DNA of 64,000 nucleotides from Escherichia coli (GCF_009931435.1 NZ_CP043414.1), one strand, 5' to 3'; positions 25,962 to 45,997 are shown, counted from the stretch's first letter. Notes: generated by a model from the sequence alone, not told the origin. Numbers and translations: made by a program.

Positions 25962-26042
<81 letters not shown>

Positions 26043-26069
26043 ATCATCGGCATCAGGCTCGCTCGATGA

Positions 26070-27719
26070 TTAACCGCGCCACGCTTTATAGCGGTTAATC
26101 AGACCATTGGTCGAGCTATCGTGGCTGCTGATTTCTTTATCATCTTTCAGCTCTGGCAGAATACGGTTCGCCAGCTGTTTACCCAGCTCCACGCCCCACT
26201 GGTCGAAGGTGAAGATGTTCAGGATCACGCCCTGAGTAAAGATTTTGTGCTCATACAGCGCAATCAACGCCCCCAGGCTGAACGGAGTGATTTCACGCAG
26301 CAGGATGGAGTTGGTTGGGCGATTACCTTCGAACACTTTGAACGGTACCACGTAGTCAAGCGTTGCCGGATCTTTACCCTGATCGCGATATTCCTGCTCA
26401 ACCACTTCGCGGGATTTACCAAACGCCAGCGCTTCGGTCTGAGCGAAGAAGTTAGACAGCAGTTTCTGGTGATGATCAGAGAGCGGGTTATGGGTGATAG
26501 CCGGGGCGATGAAATCGCATGGCACCATCTTCGTACCCTGGTGGATCAGCTGGTAGAACGCGTGCTGACCGTTAGTGCCTGGTTCACCCCAGATAATCGG
26601 GCCAGTCTGGTAATCCACAACGTTACCGTTACGGTCTACATACTTACCATTGGACTCCATATTGCCCTGCTGGAAGTACGCTGCGAAACGGTGCATATAC
26701 TGGTCGTACGGCAGAATCGCTTCAGTTTCCGCGCCAAAGAAATTGTTGTACCAGATGCCGATCAGCGCCAGCAGTACAGGCAGGTTTTTCTCTGCAGGTG
26801 TGGTGGAGAAATGCTTGTCCATCGCGTGTGCGCCGGAAAGCAGTTCAACGAAGTTATCAAAGCCGATGGAGAGAACAATCGACAGGCCAATCGCTGACCA
26901 CAAAGAGTAACGACCGCCGACCCAGTCCCAAAACTCGAACATGTTAGCGGTATCAATACCAAACTCACCAACGGCTTTGGCATTGGTTGAGAGCGCAGCA
27001 AAGTGTTTCGCAACGTGTTGTTCATCACCTGCCGCTTTCAGGAACCAGTCACGCGCGCTATGGGCGTTGGTCATGGTTTCCTGAGTGGTGAAGGTTTTAG
27101 ATGCTACCAGGAACAGCGTGGTTTCCGGGTTCACTTTTTTCAGCACTTCCGCGATGTGAGTTCCATCGACGTTAGAAACAAAGTGCATGTTCAGGTGATT
27201 TTTGTACGGACGCAGTGCTTCGGTCACCATGTACGGGCCGAGGTCAGAACCGCCGATACCGATGTTCACCACGTCGGTGATTGCTTTGCCGGTATAACCC
27301 TTCCACTCACCGGAAATAATCGCTTCCGAGAAGGTTTTCATCTTCTCCAGCACGGCGTTAACATCCGGCATGACATCTTTGCCATCAACCAGAATCGGGG
27401 TATTGCTACGGTTACGCAACGCTACGTGCAGTACGGCGCGGTTTTCAGTGCGGTTGATCTTCTCGCCAGAGAACATCGACTTAATCGCGCCCGCCAGATC
27501 GCACTCTTTCGCCAGATCTTGTAATTTCGCCAGCGTCTCTTCAGTGATGCGGTTTTTGGAGTAATCCACCAGCATCTGATCGTCGAAGGTTGCAGAGAAC
27601 TTAGAAAAACGATCGCCGTCTTTAGCAAAAAGATCGGCGATCGTAACGTCTTTCATTTCATCGAAGTGTTTCTGTAGTGCCTGCCAGGCCGCGGTCTGCG
27701 TTGGATTGATGTTTTTCAT
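26070..27719 (-). CDS. pgi: glucose-6-phosphate isomerase
   Basis: 549 aa from [24 protein letters not shown]. Confidence 0.98.
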   Translation of the reverse strand: MKNINPTQTAAWQALQKHFDEMKDVTIADLFAKDGDRFSKFSATFDDQMLVDYSKNRITEETLAKLQDLAKECDLAGAIKSMFSGEKINRTENRAVLHVALRNRSNTPILVDGKDVMPDVNAVLEKMKTFSEAIISGEWKGYTGKAITDVVNIGIGGSDLGPYMVTEALRPYKNHLNMHFVSNVDGTHIAEVLKKVNPETTLFLVASKTFTTQETMTNAHSARDWFLKAAGDEQHVAKHFAALSTNAKAVGEFGIDTANMFEFWDWVGGRYSLWSAIGLSIVLSIGFDNFVELLSGAHAMDKHFSTTPAEKNLPVLLALIGIWYNNFFGAETEAILPYDQYMHRFAAYFQQGNMESNGKYVDRNGNVVDYQTGPIIWGEPGTNGQHAFYQLIHQGTKMVPCDFIAPAITHNPLSDHHQKLLSNFFAQTEALAFGKSREVVEQEYRDQGKDPATLDYVVPFKVFEGNRPTNSILLREITPFSLGALIALYEHKIFTQGVILNIFTFDQWGVELGKQLANRILPELKDDKEISSHDSSTNGLINRYKAWRG

Positions 27720-27959
27720 TAGCAATACTCTTCTGATTTTGAGAATTGTGACTTTGGAAGATTGTAGCGCCAGTCACAGAAAAATGTGATGGTTTTAGTG
27801 CCGTTAGCGTAATGTTGAGTGTAAACCCTTAGCGCAGTGAAGCATTTATTAGCTGAACTACTGACCGCCAGGAGTGGATGAAAAATCCGCATGACCCCAT
27901 CGTTGACAACCGCCCCGCTCACCCTTTATTTATAAATGTACTACCTGCGCTAGCGCAGG

Positions 27960-28243
27960 CCAGAAGAGGCGCGTTGCCCAAGTAACGGTGTTGGAGGAGC
28001 CAGTCCTGTGATAACACCTGAGGGGGTGCATCGCCGAGGTGATTGAACGGCTGGCCACGTTCATCATCGGCTACAGGGGCTGAATCCCCTGGGTTGTCAC
28101 CAGAAGCGTTCGCAGTCGGGCGTTTCGCAAGTGGTGGAGCACTTCTGGGTGAAAATAGTAGCGAAGTATCGCTCTGCGCCCACCCGTCTTCCGCTCTTCC
28201 CTTGTGCCAAGGCTGAAAATGGATCCCCTGACACGAGGTAGTT
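27960..28243 (+). ncRNA. lysC 5' leader containing the lysine riboswitch (L box)
   Basis: Conserved segments AGAGGCGC...GGAGGAGCC...CTGTGA...GAGGGGG immediately upstream of lysC; boundaries approximate. Confidence 0.8.
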
Positions 28244-29593
28244 ATGTCTGAAATTGTTGTCTCCAAATTTGGCGGTACCAGCGTAGCTGATTTTGACGCG
28301 ATGAACCGCAGTGCTGATATTGTGCTTTCTGATGCCAACGTACGTTTAGTTGTCCTCTCGGCTTCTGCTGGTATCACTAATCTGCTGGTCGCTTTAGCTG
28401 AAGGACTGGAACCTGGCGAGCGATTCGAAAAACTCGACGCAATCCGCAATATCCAGTTTGCCATTCTGGAACGTCTGCGTTACCCGAACGTTATCCGTGA
28501 AGAGATTGAACGTCTGCTGGAGAACATTACTGTTCTGGCAGAAGCGGCGGCGCTGGCAACGTCTCCGGCGCTGACAGATGAACTGGTCAGCCACGGCGAG
28601 CTGATGTCGACCCTGCTGTTTGTTGAGATCCTGCGCGAACGCGATATTCAGGCACAGTGGTTTGATGTACGTAAAGTGATGCGTACTAATGACCGATTTG
28701 GTCGTGCAGAGCCAGACGTAGCCGCGCTGGCGGAACTGGCTGCGCTGCAGCTGCTCCCGCGCCTCAATGAAGGCTTAGTGATCACCCAAGGATTTATCGG
28801 CAGCGAAAGTAAAGGTCGTACAACGACGCTTGGCCGTGGAGGCAGCGATTATACGGCAGCCTTGCTGGCGGAGGCCTTACACGCATCTCGTGTTGATATC
28901 TGGACCGACGTCCCGGGCATCTACACCACCGATCCACGCGTGGTTTCCGCAGCAAAACGCATTGATGAAATCGCGTTTGCCGAAGCGGCAGAGATGGCAA
29001 CTTTTGGTGCAAAAGTACTGCATCCGGCAACATTGCTACCCGCAGTACGCAGCGATATTCCGGTGTTTGTCGGCTCCAGCAAAGCCCCACGCGCAGGTGG
29101 TACGCTGGTGTGCAATAAAACTGAAAATCCGCCGCTGTTCCGTGCCCTGGCGCTTCGTCGTAATCAGACTCTGCTCACTTTGCACAGCCTGAATATGCTG
29201 CATTCTCGCGGTTTCCTCGCGGAAGTTTTCGGCATTCTCGCGCGGCATAATATCTCGGTGGATTTAATCACCACATCAGAAGTGAGCGTGGCATTAACCC
29301 TTGATACCACCGGTTCCACCTCCACTGGCGATACATTGCTGACGCAATCTCTGCTGATGGAGCTTTCCGCACTGTGCCGGGTAGAAGTGGAAGAAGGCCT
29401 GGCGCTGGTCGCGTTGATTGGCAATGACCTGTCAAAAGCCTGCGGCGTAGGCAAAGAGGTATTCGGCGTACTGGAACCGTTCAACATTCGCATGATTTGT
29501 TACGGCGCATCCAGCCATAACCTGTGCTTCCTGGTGCCCGGCGAAGATGCCGAGCAGGTGGTGCAGAAGCTGCATTTTAATTTGTTTGAGTAA
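28244..29593 (+). CDS. lysC: lysine-sensitive aspartokinase III
   Basis: 449 aa, MSEIVVSKFGGTSVADFDAMNRSADIVL. Confidence 0.98.
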   Translation: MSEIVVSKFGGTSVADFDAMNRSADIVLSDANVRLVVLSASAGITNLLVALAEGLEPGERFEKLDAIRNIQFAILERLRYPNVIREEIERLLENITVLAEAAALATSPALTDELVSHGELMSTLLFVEILRERDIQAQWFDVRKVMRTNDRFGRAEPDVAALAELAALQLLPRLNEGLVITQGFIGSESKGRTTTLGRGGSDYTAALLAEALHASRVDIWTDVPGIYTTDPRVVSAAKRIDEIAFAEAAEMATFGAKVLHPATLLPAVRSDIPVFVGSSKAPRAGGTLVCNKTENPPLFRALALRRNQTLLTLHSLNMLHSRGFLAEVFGILARHNISVDLITTSEVSVALTLDTTGSTSTGDTLLTQSLLMELSALCRVEVEEGLALVALIGNDLSKACGVGKEVFGVLEPFNIRMICYGASSHNLCFLVPGEDAEQVVQKLHFNLFE

Positions 29594-29844
29594 ACACAGT
29601 ATGGTCCGAAAGACATTATTTCGGGCCGTATGTTTTTCTTGTCATTATGCCCATCAATAAACGAGTCTATTCCCTGTTAACCAGCATCTTTATCTAAGAA
29701 TAATTACCTTTAATTTTTTATCTGCATCTCTAGCTAATTATCGAGAGAGATAAATATTTAAGAGAAGGCAAAATGAATATTATCAGTTCTGCTCGCAAAG
29801 GAATTCCCGTACACTGAACTCTCCGGCTCACTGAGGGCACCATC

Positions 29845-30117
29845 ATGGCACTCCCCCGTATTACCCAAAAAGAGATGACTGAACGCGAGCAGCGTGAACT
29901 TAAAACACTGCTGGATCGGGCGCGTATTGCGCATGGTCGCGTGCTGACCAACTCCGAAACCAACAGCATCAAGAAAGAGTACATCGATAAATTAATGGTT
30001 GAGCGTGAGGCTGAAGCAAAAAAAGCCCGCCAGTTGAAGAAAAAGCAGGCTTATAAACCAGATCCTGAAGCGTCGTTTAGCTGGTCGGCAAATACGTCGA
30101 CGCGTGGTAGGCGCTGA
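29845..30117 (+). CDS. yjbD: uncharacterized DUF3811-type small protein
   Basis: 90 aa, MALPRITQKEMTEREQRELKTLLDRARIAHGRVL; stop abuts the rluF stop. Confidence 0.85.
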   Translation: MALPRITQKEMTEREQRELKTLLDRARIAHGRVLTNSETNSIKKEYIDKLMVEREAEAKKARQLKKKQAYKPDPEASFSWSANTSTRGRR

Positions 30118-30990
30118 TTAGCGCCCCTTCTTTTTGCGCCCCGGCGAGGTGAAACGTTTACCGTTGGACGCCGGGCGACCACCTTTTTCCGCCGTTTTTT
30201 CCATCTTAACGACCGGGCGTTTGATGCCCGCCATTTTCGGTTTGGCCTTCGCTTTAGGTTTTACCTCAGAAGTGGAATTCTCAATTAATTTAAAGAGATC
30301 AATTAGCTCATCGTCGGTTAAATCGCGCCACTCACCCAGCGGAATGCCGCTTAAACTGACGTTCATAATGCGCGTACGCTCCAGCTTTTTCACTTCGTAA
30401 CCAAAGTGCTCGCACATGCGACGGATCTGACGGTTCAGTCCCTGCACCAGGGTAATGCGAAAAACAAACGGCGCTTCTTTTTTGACTTTGCACTTTTTCG
30501 TCACCGTCCCGAGGATCGGCACCCCCGCCCCCATACCACGAATAAATTCATCGGTAATCGGTTTATCGACCGTAACCAGATACTCTTTCTCATGATCGTT
30601 ACCCGCACGGAGGATCTTATTCACCAGGTCGCCGTGATTGGTGAGGAAAATCAGCCCCTGGGAATCTTTATCCAGGCGGCCAATCGGGAACACGCGTTTG
30701 CTGTGGTTAACAAAATCGACAATGTTATCGCGCTCGCCATCTTCGGTGGTGCTGACAATACCGACGGGCTTGTTCAGGGCGATAAGTACCAAATCTTCGG
30801 CTTCCCGAGGCTCAATCAACTGACCATTTACTTTCACAACGTCGCCGGGTTTCACCTGATCGCCAATGGTGGCTCGCTTGCCATTAAGGAACACATTGCC
30901 TTGCTCGATATAGCGATCCGCTTCGCGGCGTGAGCAAATTCCGCTTTCGCTGATGTATTTATTTAAACGGACTGATGAGTCGGGCAGCAT
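30118..30990 (-). CDS. rluF: 23S rRNA pseudouridine synthase F
   Basis: 290 aa, S4 domain then RluA/RsuA-type catalytic core; [31 protein letters not shown]. Confidence 0.95.
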   Translation of the reverse strand: MLPDSSVRLNKYISESGICSRREADRYIEQGNVFLNGKRATIGDQVKPGDVVKVNGQLIEPREAEDLVLIALNKPVGIVSTTEDGERDNIVDFVNHSKRVFPIGRLDKDSQGLIFLTNHGDLVNKILRAGNDHEKEYLVTVDKPITDEFIRGMGAGVPILGTVTKKCKVKKEAPFVFRITLVQGLNRQIRRMCEHFGYEVKKLERTRIMNVSLSGIPLGEWRDLTDDELIDLFKLIENSTSEVKPKAKAKPKMAGIKRPVVKMEKTAEKGGRPASNGKRFTSPGRKKKGR

Positions 30991-31201
30991 AAATTCTCCT
31001 GTAAAAAACGGAATATACCGTACCTTTGGGTTGATAAAAAATAGTCATGAGCGAACTATTTGTTATTTCCATTGGCTTGAATTCGTTACCTGCTCAAATC
31101 ACTTTCCAGAAGCAATGTGCGACATCGTGAGCCATGTCAGTAAGCGATTAAAATCACAGTGATAGCATGCCTCCCGTGATTTCTTACTAACCGGAGAAGT
31201 A

Positions 31202-31891
31202 ATGGAACTGCTTTTATTGAGTAACTCGACGCTGCCGGGTAAAGCCTGGCTGGAACACGCGCTGCCGCTGATTGCTGAACAGTTGCAGGGTCGCCGTTCT
31301 GCGGTATTTATTCCTTTCGCTGGCGTAACGCAGACCTGGGATGATTACACAGCGAAAACGGCTGCGGTTCTCGCTCCGCTGGGTGTTTCTGTCACCGGTA
31401 TTCATAGCGTTGTCGATCCCGTTGCCGCGATTGAAAATGCTGAGATCGTGATTGTCGGCGGCGGTAATACTTTCCAGTTGCTGAAACAGTGCCGCGAGCG
31501 CGGGCTGCTGGCACCAATTACTGACGTGGTGAAACGTGGCGCGCTGTATATTGGCTGGAGCGCAGGCGCTAACCTTGCTTGCCCAACCATTCGTACCACC
31601 AACGATATGCCGATTGTCGATCCGCAAGGTTTCGATGCGCTAAATCTGTTCCCGCTGCAAATCAACCCGCACTTCACCAACGCGCTGCCGGAAGGCCATA
31701 AAGGTGAAACCCGTGAGCAGCGTATTCGCGAACTGCTGGTCGTCGCGCCAGAACTGACGATTATTGGTCTGCCGGAAGGTAACTGGATCACAGTAAGTAA
31801 AGGTCACGCTACGCTGGGTGGCCCGAACACCACTTATGTGTTTAAGGCTGGTGAAGAAGCGGTGCCGCTGGAAGCGGGTCACCGTTTTTAA
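31202..31891 (+). CDS. pepE: peptidase E (alpha-aspartyl dipeptidase)
   Basis: 229 aa, [30 protein letters not shown]. Confidence 0.96.
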
Positions 31892-31898
31892 GTGAATT

Positions 31899-31968
31899 GC
31901 CGGATGCATGATCCGGCATCTTGTACATAGTGCCTGATGCGACGCTTTACGCGTCTTATCAGGCCTAT
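31899..31968. repeat. Hairpin plus REP unit downstream of pepE
   Basis: gccggatgcatgatccggca palindrome then gcctgatgcgacgctttacgcgtcttatcaggcctat. Confidence 0.8.
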
Positions 31969-31980
31969 AGGGTCACGGTA

Positions 31981-33612
31981 TTAATACTCGTCCCGCCCCT
32001 CATCTTCATCCGGCTGTTCCAGCACACTGTAAGCAACTGAACAAAACAGCGAGTTCAAACGCTGCATATCGCCCAGTAAGCCTAAATGTAGCGAACTGGT
32101 TTCAATGCTCTGCACGTTTTGCTGATGCAGGCGATCAACGTGGGCGTGAGAATAGCGGCGATTAAGAATGCGAAAACGATGCTTGCTGCGGCGTAAACGA
32201 CGGGCGCTGGCAACATCGCCAGAGAAGAAAACCGACATTGCCAGTTTTAAATTACTGAGCAATTGCTCATAGAGCGCATCCAGTTCCTTCAAGCCATCAA
32301 GCGAAAATGCTCGCCTTGCAGCCAGCGATTTGTCGGCAATTTCACTACCCATGCGCTCGACGATATCGGAGGCCTGTTCAAGGTTAAGCGACATTTCGAT
32401 GATCTCCGCCCAGCGACGCGACTCTTCCTCCGCCAGCTCTTCTTTTGGCATTCGCGCCAGATACAGCTTAATGGCGGTGTAGAGAACGTTGATGTCATCA
32501 GCCAGCTTACGCAGCTCTTTCTCCTGCCGTGGCTCGCCGTGCATCACTTTATTCAACCCTTCCATCATCTGTTCCATGGCGTCGCCAATGCGCAGGGTTT
32601 CGCGGGCAGCGTTCGCCAGAGCAAGCGTGGGCGTATCCAGCGCGCTGACATCCAGATGTTTAGGCCGTAGCTGGGTATCCAGTTCCGGTTCATCGCGAAT
32701 AATCGTTTTGCAAAACCGTGCCATCGGGTCAACGAATGGCAACATGACCAGGCAGCGTACAAGGTTGTAGAAGACGTGGAAATAGATCACCAATTCCGCT
32801 TTTGGCAATGGCAACTTCCCCATTGTCTCTGCCAGCAAATGAACAAACGGCAGGATAATCAGGCTACCCACCAGCTTAAACAGCAGACTACCCAGCGCGA
32901 CACGGCGGGCTGCGGCATTGGCGGCACTGTTGTTGAGCATCGCCAGCAAGCCGGAGCCGAGGTTAGCACCAATCACCAGACAAAGTGCCACGGGGAAGGA
33001 GATGATGCCTGCGGCGGTCAGAGTCGCGGTCAGCAGTACAGCAGCAAGGCTGGAGTAGCTGATAATGGCGAACATCGCGCCAATCAGCGCATCCAGCAGA
33101 ATATCGCCGGTTAGCGAGGCAAAAATCACCTGAACGCCGTTTGCTTGGGTGATCGGCGTTACGGCCTGCACAATCAATTCCAGCGCCAGCAAAATCAGCC
33201 CAAGACCAATACCGACGCGGCCCAGTTGCCCGGCGCGTGATTGTTTGCGTCCGAGGAAAAAAATCACGCCGATAAAAATAAGTAGCGGTGACAACCAGGA
33301 TAAATCGAAGGTGAGAATACGCGCCATTAGCGCGGTCCCGACATCTGCACCCAGCACAATGACCAAAGCCGGTGCGAGGGCAACCAGATCCTGAGCGACG
33401 AACGAAGTCACCAGCATGGTGGTAGCATTACTGCTCTGCACCAGTGCGGTAACGCCGATCCCCGCACAAAAGGCGAGCGGCTTTTTTTCGACGCTCCGGC
33501 TCAGAACAGTACGCAGACGTGCGCCGAAGACGCGCATTACGCCTGTTCGAACAATATGTGTCCCCCAGACCAGCAGGGCGACGGCAGAAAGCAGGTGAAG
33601 CAGCGTTAACAC
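31981..33612 (-). CDS. yjbB: Na+/phosphate symporter-like membrane protein with PhoU domain
   Basis: 543 aa, polytopic N-terminal half and helical C-terminal half. Confidence 0.9.
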   Translation of the reverse strand: MLTLLHLLSAVALLVWGTHIVRTGVMRVFGARLRTVLSRSVEKKPLAFCAGIGVTALVQSSNATTMLVTSFVAQDLVALAPALVIVLGADVGTALMARILTFDLSWLSPLLIFIGVIFFLGRKQSRAGQLGRVGIGLGLILLALELIVQAVTPITQANGVQVIFASLTGDILLDALIGAMFAIISYSSLAAVLLTATLTAAGIISFPVALCLVIGANLGSGLLAMLNNSAANAAARRVALGSLLFKLVGSLIILPFVHLLAETMGKLPLPKAELVIYFHVFYNLVRCLVMLPFVDPMARFCKTIIRDEPELDTQLRPKHLDVSALDTPTLALANAARETLRIGDAMEQMMEGLNKVMHGEPRQEKELRKLADDINVLYTAIKLYLARMPKEELAEEESRRWAEIIEMSLNLEQASDIVERMGSEIADKSLAARRAFSLDGLKELDALYEQLLSNLKLAMSVFFSGDVASARRLRRSKHRFRILNRRYSHAHVDRLHQQNVQSIETSSLHLGLLGDMQRLNSLFCSVAYSVLEQPDEDEGRDEY

Positions 33613-33831
33613 GAGTTCAGGTTCTCCTTATCGTTATATGTTCCTGAAGCAATTGAATGACCAAAGGACCGGAAACACGCTGACTGACATCTTTATTGTG
33701 ACTTTTGACATTCGTTTTTCCGGCTAAGATTATTCCAGCCTGATTCCAGTATAAGAGTTTCATATTAATAAAGAGACAGGGCACTCATTGAGCGCCCTGT
33801 TTGTTGTAAGGAAAAGTGACAGATTTGTGAA

Positions 33832-37515
<3,684 letters not shown>

Positions 37516-37676
37516 ACTTGCTCCCGACACGCTCAACCCAGATTTAATAAAAATTCAACAAACCATACTGGCATAAACGCATCTGTGGTAAAAGCGAGCA
37601 CCACGCAACATGAGATTTGTTCAACATTAACTCATCGGATCAGTTCAGCAACTATTGCATTAGCTAACAATAAAAA

Positions 37677-37691
37677 TGAAAATGATTTCCA
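37677..37691. promoter_or_regulatory. IclR autoregulatory box upstream of iclR
   Basis: tgaaaatgatttcca resembles TGGAAATNATTTCCA. Confidence 0.55.
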
Positions 37692-37714
37692 CGATACAGA
37701 AAAAGGAGACTGTC

Positions 37715-38539
37715 ATGGTCGCACCCATTCCCGCGAAACGCGGCAGAAAACCCGCCGTTGCCACCGCACCAGCGACTGGGCAGGTTCAGTCTTTAACGCG
37801 TGGTCTGAAATTACTGGAGTGGATTGCCGAATCCAATGGCAGTGTGGCACTCACGGAACTGGCGCAACAAGCCGGGTTACCCAATTCCACAACCCACCGC
37901 CTGCTAACCACGATGCAACAGCAGGGTTTCGTGCGTCAAGTCGGCGAACTGGGACACTGGGCAATCGGCGCACATGCCTTTATGGTCGGCAGCAGCTTTC
38001 TCCAGAGCCGTAATTTGTTAGCCATTGTTCACCCTATCCTGCGCAATCTAATGGAAGAGTCTGGCGAAACGGTAAATATGGCGGTGCTTGATCAAAGCGA
38101 TCACGAAGCGATTATTATCGACCAGGTACAGTGTACGCACCTGATGCGTATGTCCGCCCCTATTGGCGGTAAATTACCGATGCACGCTTCCGGTGCGGGT
38201 AAAGCCTTTTTAGCCCAACTGAGCGAAGAACAGGTGACGAAGCTGCTGCACCGCAAAGGGTTACATGCCTATACCCACGCAACACTGGTGTCTCCTGTAC
38301 ATTTAAAAGAAGATCTCGCCCAAACGCGAAAACGGGGTTATTCATTTGACGATGAGGAACATGCGCTGGGGCTGCGTTGCCTCGCAGCGTGTATTTTCGA
38401 CGAGCACCGCGAACCATTTGCGGCAATTTCGATTTCCGGGCCGATTTCACGTATTACCGATGATCGCGTAACCGAGTTTGGTGCGATGGTGATTAAAGCT
38501 GCGAAGGAAGTGACGCTGGCGTACGGTGGAATGCGCTGA
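37715..38539 (+). CDS. iclR: IclR transcriptional repressor of aceBAK
   Basis: 274 aa from MVAPIPAKRGRKPAVATAPATGQVQSL with AGGAGA Shine-Dalgarno. Confidence 0.97.
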   Translation: MVAPIPAKRGRKPAVATAPATGQVQSLTRGLKLLEWIAESNGSVALTELAQQAGLPNSTTHRLLTTMQQQGFVRQVGELGHWAIGAHAFMVGSSFLQSRNLLAIVHPILRNLMEESGETVNMAVLDQSDHEAIIIDQVQCTHLMRMSAPIGGKLPMHASGAGKAFLAQLSEEQVTKLLHRKGLHAYTHATLVSPVHLKEDLAQTRKRGYSFDDEEHALGLRCLAACIFDEHREPFAAISISGPISRITDDRVTEFGAMVIKAAKEVTLAYGGMR

Positions 38540-38854
38540 CTTTTTCTGGCGGGTAGAGGTAATATTCTGCCCGTCATACCTGAGTAGCAATAGAATAAGG
38601 GTATCTGTTAATCGCATTGACGCAAAAATAACTTAATATCATACACTTCACACACTTTTATTAACTCAGCATTATTTTTAAACATCAAACCACTTAATTA
38701 TTAACAAAATCGCAAGAACTCATTGCGCCGAAACTTTTGCGGTTTCATTATGAGATTGAGCGATTTATGATATTTCTTTACTTGTAATCATATTAAATTT
38801 TTCACTGTTCTGATAGTTAAAATTCCAGACATCAATAAACAATGAGATATTTAA

Positions 38855-42754
<3,900 letters not shown>

Positions 42755-42793
42755 TTAATTCGCCCCTCGCCTTACGGAAAGGGGCGTTGGTTA

Positions 42794-44098
42794 TTAGAAC
42801 TGCGATTCTTCGGTGGAGCCGGTCAGCGCGGTGACTGAAGACGTGCCGCCCTGAATAATGGTCGTCACTTTATCGAAATAACCTGTACCCACTTCCTGCT
42901 GGTGAGATACGAAGGTATAGCCATCTTTCGCGGCGGCAAATTCCGGCTGCTGCACTTTCTCAACATAGTGCTTCATACCCTCGCCCTGGGCGTAGGCGTT
43001 TGCCAGGTCAAACATGTTGAACCACATGCTGTGGATGCCTGCCAGGGTGATGAACTGGAACTTGTAGCCCATATCCGACAGCTGCTGCTGGAAGCTGGCA
43101 ATAGTTTTGTCGTCGAGGTTTTTCTGCCAGTTGAAGGACGGCGAGCAGTTATAAGCCAGCAGTTTGCCTGGATATTTCGCGTGGATAGCTTCCGCAAAGC
43201 GACGCGCCAGTTCCAGGTCTGGCGTGGAGGTTTCACACCATACCAGGTCAGCATATGGCGCATACGCCAGGCCACGGCTGATCGCTTGTTCAATACCTGC
43301 ATGAGTACGGAAGAAGCCTTCGCTGGTACGCTCGCCGGTAATAAATTCGCTGTCATACGGGTCGCAATCGGAGGTGATCAGATCCGCCGCATCGGCATCG
43401 GTACGTGCAACCAGCAGGGTTGGAACGCCCGTCACGTCAGCTGCCAGACGCGCCGCGACCAGTTTCTGAATAGCTTCCTGAGTTGGCACCAAAACTTTGC
43501 CGCCCATGTGACCGCATTTCTTCACTGATGCCAGCTGATCTTCGAAGTGAACTGCCGCTGCACCGGCTTCAATCATCGCTTTCATCAGTTCAAAGGCATT
43601 CAGGACACCGCCAAAACCGGCTTCCGCATCGGCAACGATCGGCAGGAAGTAATCGACATAGCGCGGATCGCCCGGCTCAATGCCCGCGGACCATTGGATC
43701 TGATCCGCACGGCGGAAGGTGTTGTTGATCCGCTCCACCACAGCTGGCACCGAGTTTGCCGGATAGAGCGACTGATCCGGATACATGCTGGCCGCCAGGT
43801 TAGCGTCCGCCGCTACCTGCCATCCCGACAGATAGACTGCTTCAATACCCGCTTTCGCCTGTTGCAGCGCCTGACCGCCAGTCAGTGCACCGAGGCTGTT
43901 GATGTAGCCTTTTTTCGACTCGCCATGCAGCAGACGCCACATTTTCGCCGCGCCCAGTTGCGCCAGCGTGCATTCAGGATTGACTGAACCGCGTAATTTC
44001 ACCACATCTTCCGCGCTGTATGGGCGAGTAATGCCTTCCCAACGCGGTTGAGTCCACTCTTTCTGTAATTCTTCAATTTGTTGTGTACGGGTTTTCAT
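42794..44098 (-). CDS. aceA: isocitrate lyase
   Basis: 434 aa from [20 protein letters not shown] active-site motif. Confidence 0.97.
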   Translation of the reverse strand: MKTRTQQIEELQKEWTQPRWEGITRPYSAEDVVKLRGSVNPECTLAQLGAAKMWRLLHGESKKGYINSLGALTGGQALQQAKAGIEAVYLSGWQVAADANLAASMYPDQSLYPANSVPAVVERINNTFRRADQIQWSAGIEPGDPRYVDYFLPIVADAEAGFGGVLNAFELMKAMIEAGAAAVHFEDQLASVKKCGHMGGKVLVPTQEAIQKLVAARLAADVTGVPTLLVARTDADAADLITSDCDPYDSEFITGERTSEGFFRTHAGIEQAISRGLAYAPYADLVWCETSTPDLELARRFAEAIHAKYPGKLLAYNCSPSFNWQKNLDDKTIASFQQQLSDMGYKFQFITLAGIHSMWFNMFDLANAYAQGEGMKHYVEKVQQPEFAAAKDGYTFVSHQQEVGTGYFDKVTTIIQGGTSSVTALTGSTEESQF

Positions 44099-44127
44099 GT
44101 GCAGATGCTCCATAGTTATATGGTGGT

Positions 44128-45729
44128 TTACGCTAACAGGCGGTAGCCTGGCAGGGTCAGGAAATCTATTAACTCATCGGAAGTGGTGATCTGTTCCATC
44201 AAGCGTGCGGCATCGTCAAAACGCCCCTGGGAGAAACGTTCTTCGCCCAGTTCGCTGGCAATGACTTTCATCTCTTCGCCCAGCATCTGGCGGAACAAGG
44301 CTTTGGTCACCGGTTTGCCATTGCTCAACGTTTTTTGATGATGGATCCACTGCCAGATTGAGGTACGGGAAATTTCAGCCGTCGCCGCATCTTCCATCAG
44401 GCCATAAATCGGCACACAGCCGTTGCCAGAGATCCACGCTTCGATGTACTGCACAGCCACGCGAATGTTGGCGCGCATACCTTCTTCGGTGCGTTCACCA
44501 TCACAAGGTGCCAGCAGCTGATCGGCAGTAATCGGCGCGTCTTGTTCGCGCATCACTTCAAGCTGATTTTTACGGGAGCCGAGAATGTCGTTGAATACCG
44601 CCATTGCCGTATCCGCAAGGCCTGGGTGGGCAATCCATGTGCCATCGTGACCGTTGTTGGCTTCCAGCGCTTTATCCGCTTTTACTTTGTTCAGCACCTG
44701 GTTATTGCGCTCTTCATCTTTGCTCGGAATAAACGCTGCCATGCCGCCCATCGCAAATGCGCCGCGTTTATGGCAGGTTTTGATTAACAGGCGTGAATAG
44801 GCATTAAGGAACGGTTTATCCATCGTCACAGCCTGTCTGTCTGGCAGGACGCGATCGGGATAGTTTTTCAACGTTTTGATATAGCTGAAGATGTAATCCC
44901 AACGACCGCAGTTCAGACCAACAATATGGTCACGCAGCGCGTGAAGGATTTCATCCATCTGGAACACGGCGGGCAGCGTTTCAATCAGCAACGTCGCCTT
45001 GATGGTGCCGCGCGCCAGATTAAAGCGATCTTCTGCATAGCTGAAGACTTCGCTCCACCAGGCCGCTTCCTGCCAGGACTGGGTTTTTGGCAGATAGAAA
45101 TAGGGGCCACTGCCTTTTGCCAGTAAGGCCTGGTAGTTGTGAAAGAAGTAGAGCGCAAAATCAAACAGGCTGCCAGGGATTGCCTCACCACGCCAGGTGA
45201 CATGTTTTTCCGGCAAGTGCAGACCGCGTACCCGACAAATCAACACCGCTGGATTGGGCTTGAGCTGGTAAATTTTGCCTGCTTCATTGGTGTAACTGAT
45301 GGTGCCATTAACTGCATCGCGCAGGTTAATTTGCCCATCGATCACTTTGTTCCAGTCCGGGGCCAGTGAATCCTCAAAATCGGCCATAAAGACTTTCACA
45401 TTGGCGTTGAGCGCGTTGATCACCATCTTGCGCTCTACGGGTCCGGTAATCTCTACCCGACGATCTTCTAAGTCCGCAGGAATACCACGAATTTTCCAGT
45501 CAACATCACGAATGGAAGCTGTTTCCGAAATAAAATCAGGCAATGTTCCGTTATCGATATCCTGCTGCTGCTGAATGCGCGCTGCCAGAAGTTTATTGCG
45601 TTGTGGCGTAAAATGCGTCACCAGCTCAGTCAGAAACTCTACCGCTTCGGCAGTAAGAATTTGCTTCTCCTGCTCGCCATACGGCCTTGTGAAAACCAGT
45701 TCATCGGTTGTTGTTGCCTGTTCAGTCAT
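44128..45729 (-). CDS. aceB: malate synthase A
   Basis: 533 aa from [25 protein letters not shown]. Confidence 0.97.
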   Translation of the reverse strand: MTEQATTTDELVFTRPYGEQEKQILTAEAVEFLTELVTHFTPQRNKLLAARIQQQQDIDNGTLPDFISETASIRDVDWKIRGIPADLEDRRVEITGPVERKMVINALNANVKVFMADFEDSLAPDWNKVIDGQINLRDAVNGTISYTNEAGKIYQLKPNPAVLICRVRGLHLPEKHVTWRGEAIPGSLFDFALYFFHNYQALLAKGSGPYFYLPKTQSWQEAAWWSEVFSYAEDRFNLARGTIKATLLIETLPAVFQMDEILHALRDHIVGLNCGRWDYIFSYIKTLKNYPDRVLPDRQAVTMDKPFLNAYSRLLIKTCHKRGAFAMGGMAAFIPSKDEERNNQVLNKVKADKALEANNGHDGTWIAHPGLADTAMAVFNDILGSRKNQLEVMREQDAPITADQLLAPCDGERTEEGMRANIRVAVQYIEAWISGNGCVPIYGLMEDAATAEISRTSIWQWIHHQKTLSNGKPVTKALFRQMLGEEMKVIASELGEERFSQGRFDDAARLMEQITTSDELIDFLTLPGYRLLA

Positions 45730-45834
45730 CGTGCTGCTCCTCGTCATGGATCCGAAAACTTCCCCACTGTGAACGAAGGATCGTTGTGTGCTTTTCGTTC
45801 AGCACAACTAAGACTACTCATTTAAAATGCAAAA

Positions 45835-45856
45835 TCAAAAACAATTTCCATTTTAA
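45835..45856. promoter_or_regulatory. aceBAK promoter region with IclR half-site
   Basis: Minus-strand aatggaaattgtttt contains TGGAAAT; AT-rich promoter context. Confidence 0.5.
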
Positions 45857-45997
45857 ATAAAAATACATGTTAACCTATTGATAACAATATGAATAAAATT
45901 TATTCACCTCTTGAGGTGTGTTTCGGAAATAAAAAAGGCACCCGAAGGTGCCTGAGGTAAGGTGCTGAATCGCTTAACGATCGACTATCATAGAAGA

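Noticed and set aside
27919-28464. 181-aa minus-strand ORF across the lysC leader and start
   Set aside because: Overlaps the lysine riboswitch and the 5' end of lysC; no ribosome-binding site; Ala/Ser/Arg-rich shadow of GC-rich sequence.
37676-37714. 13-codon N-terminal extension of iclR
   Set aside because: It overlaps the candidate IclR operator; the ATG at 37715 has an AGGAGA Shine-Dalgarno and gives the expected 274-aa protein.
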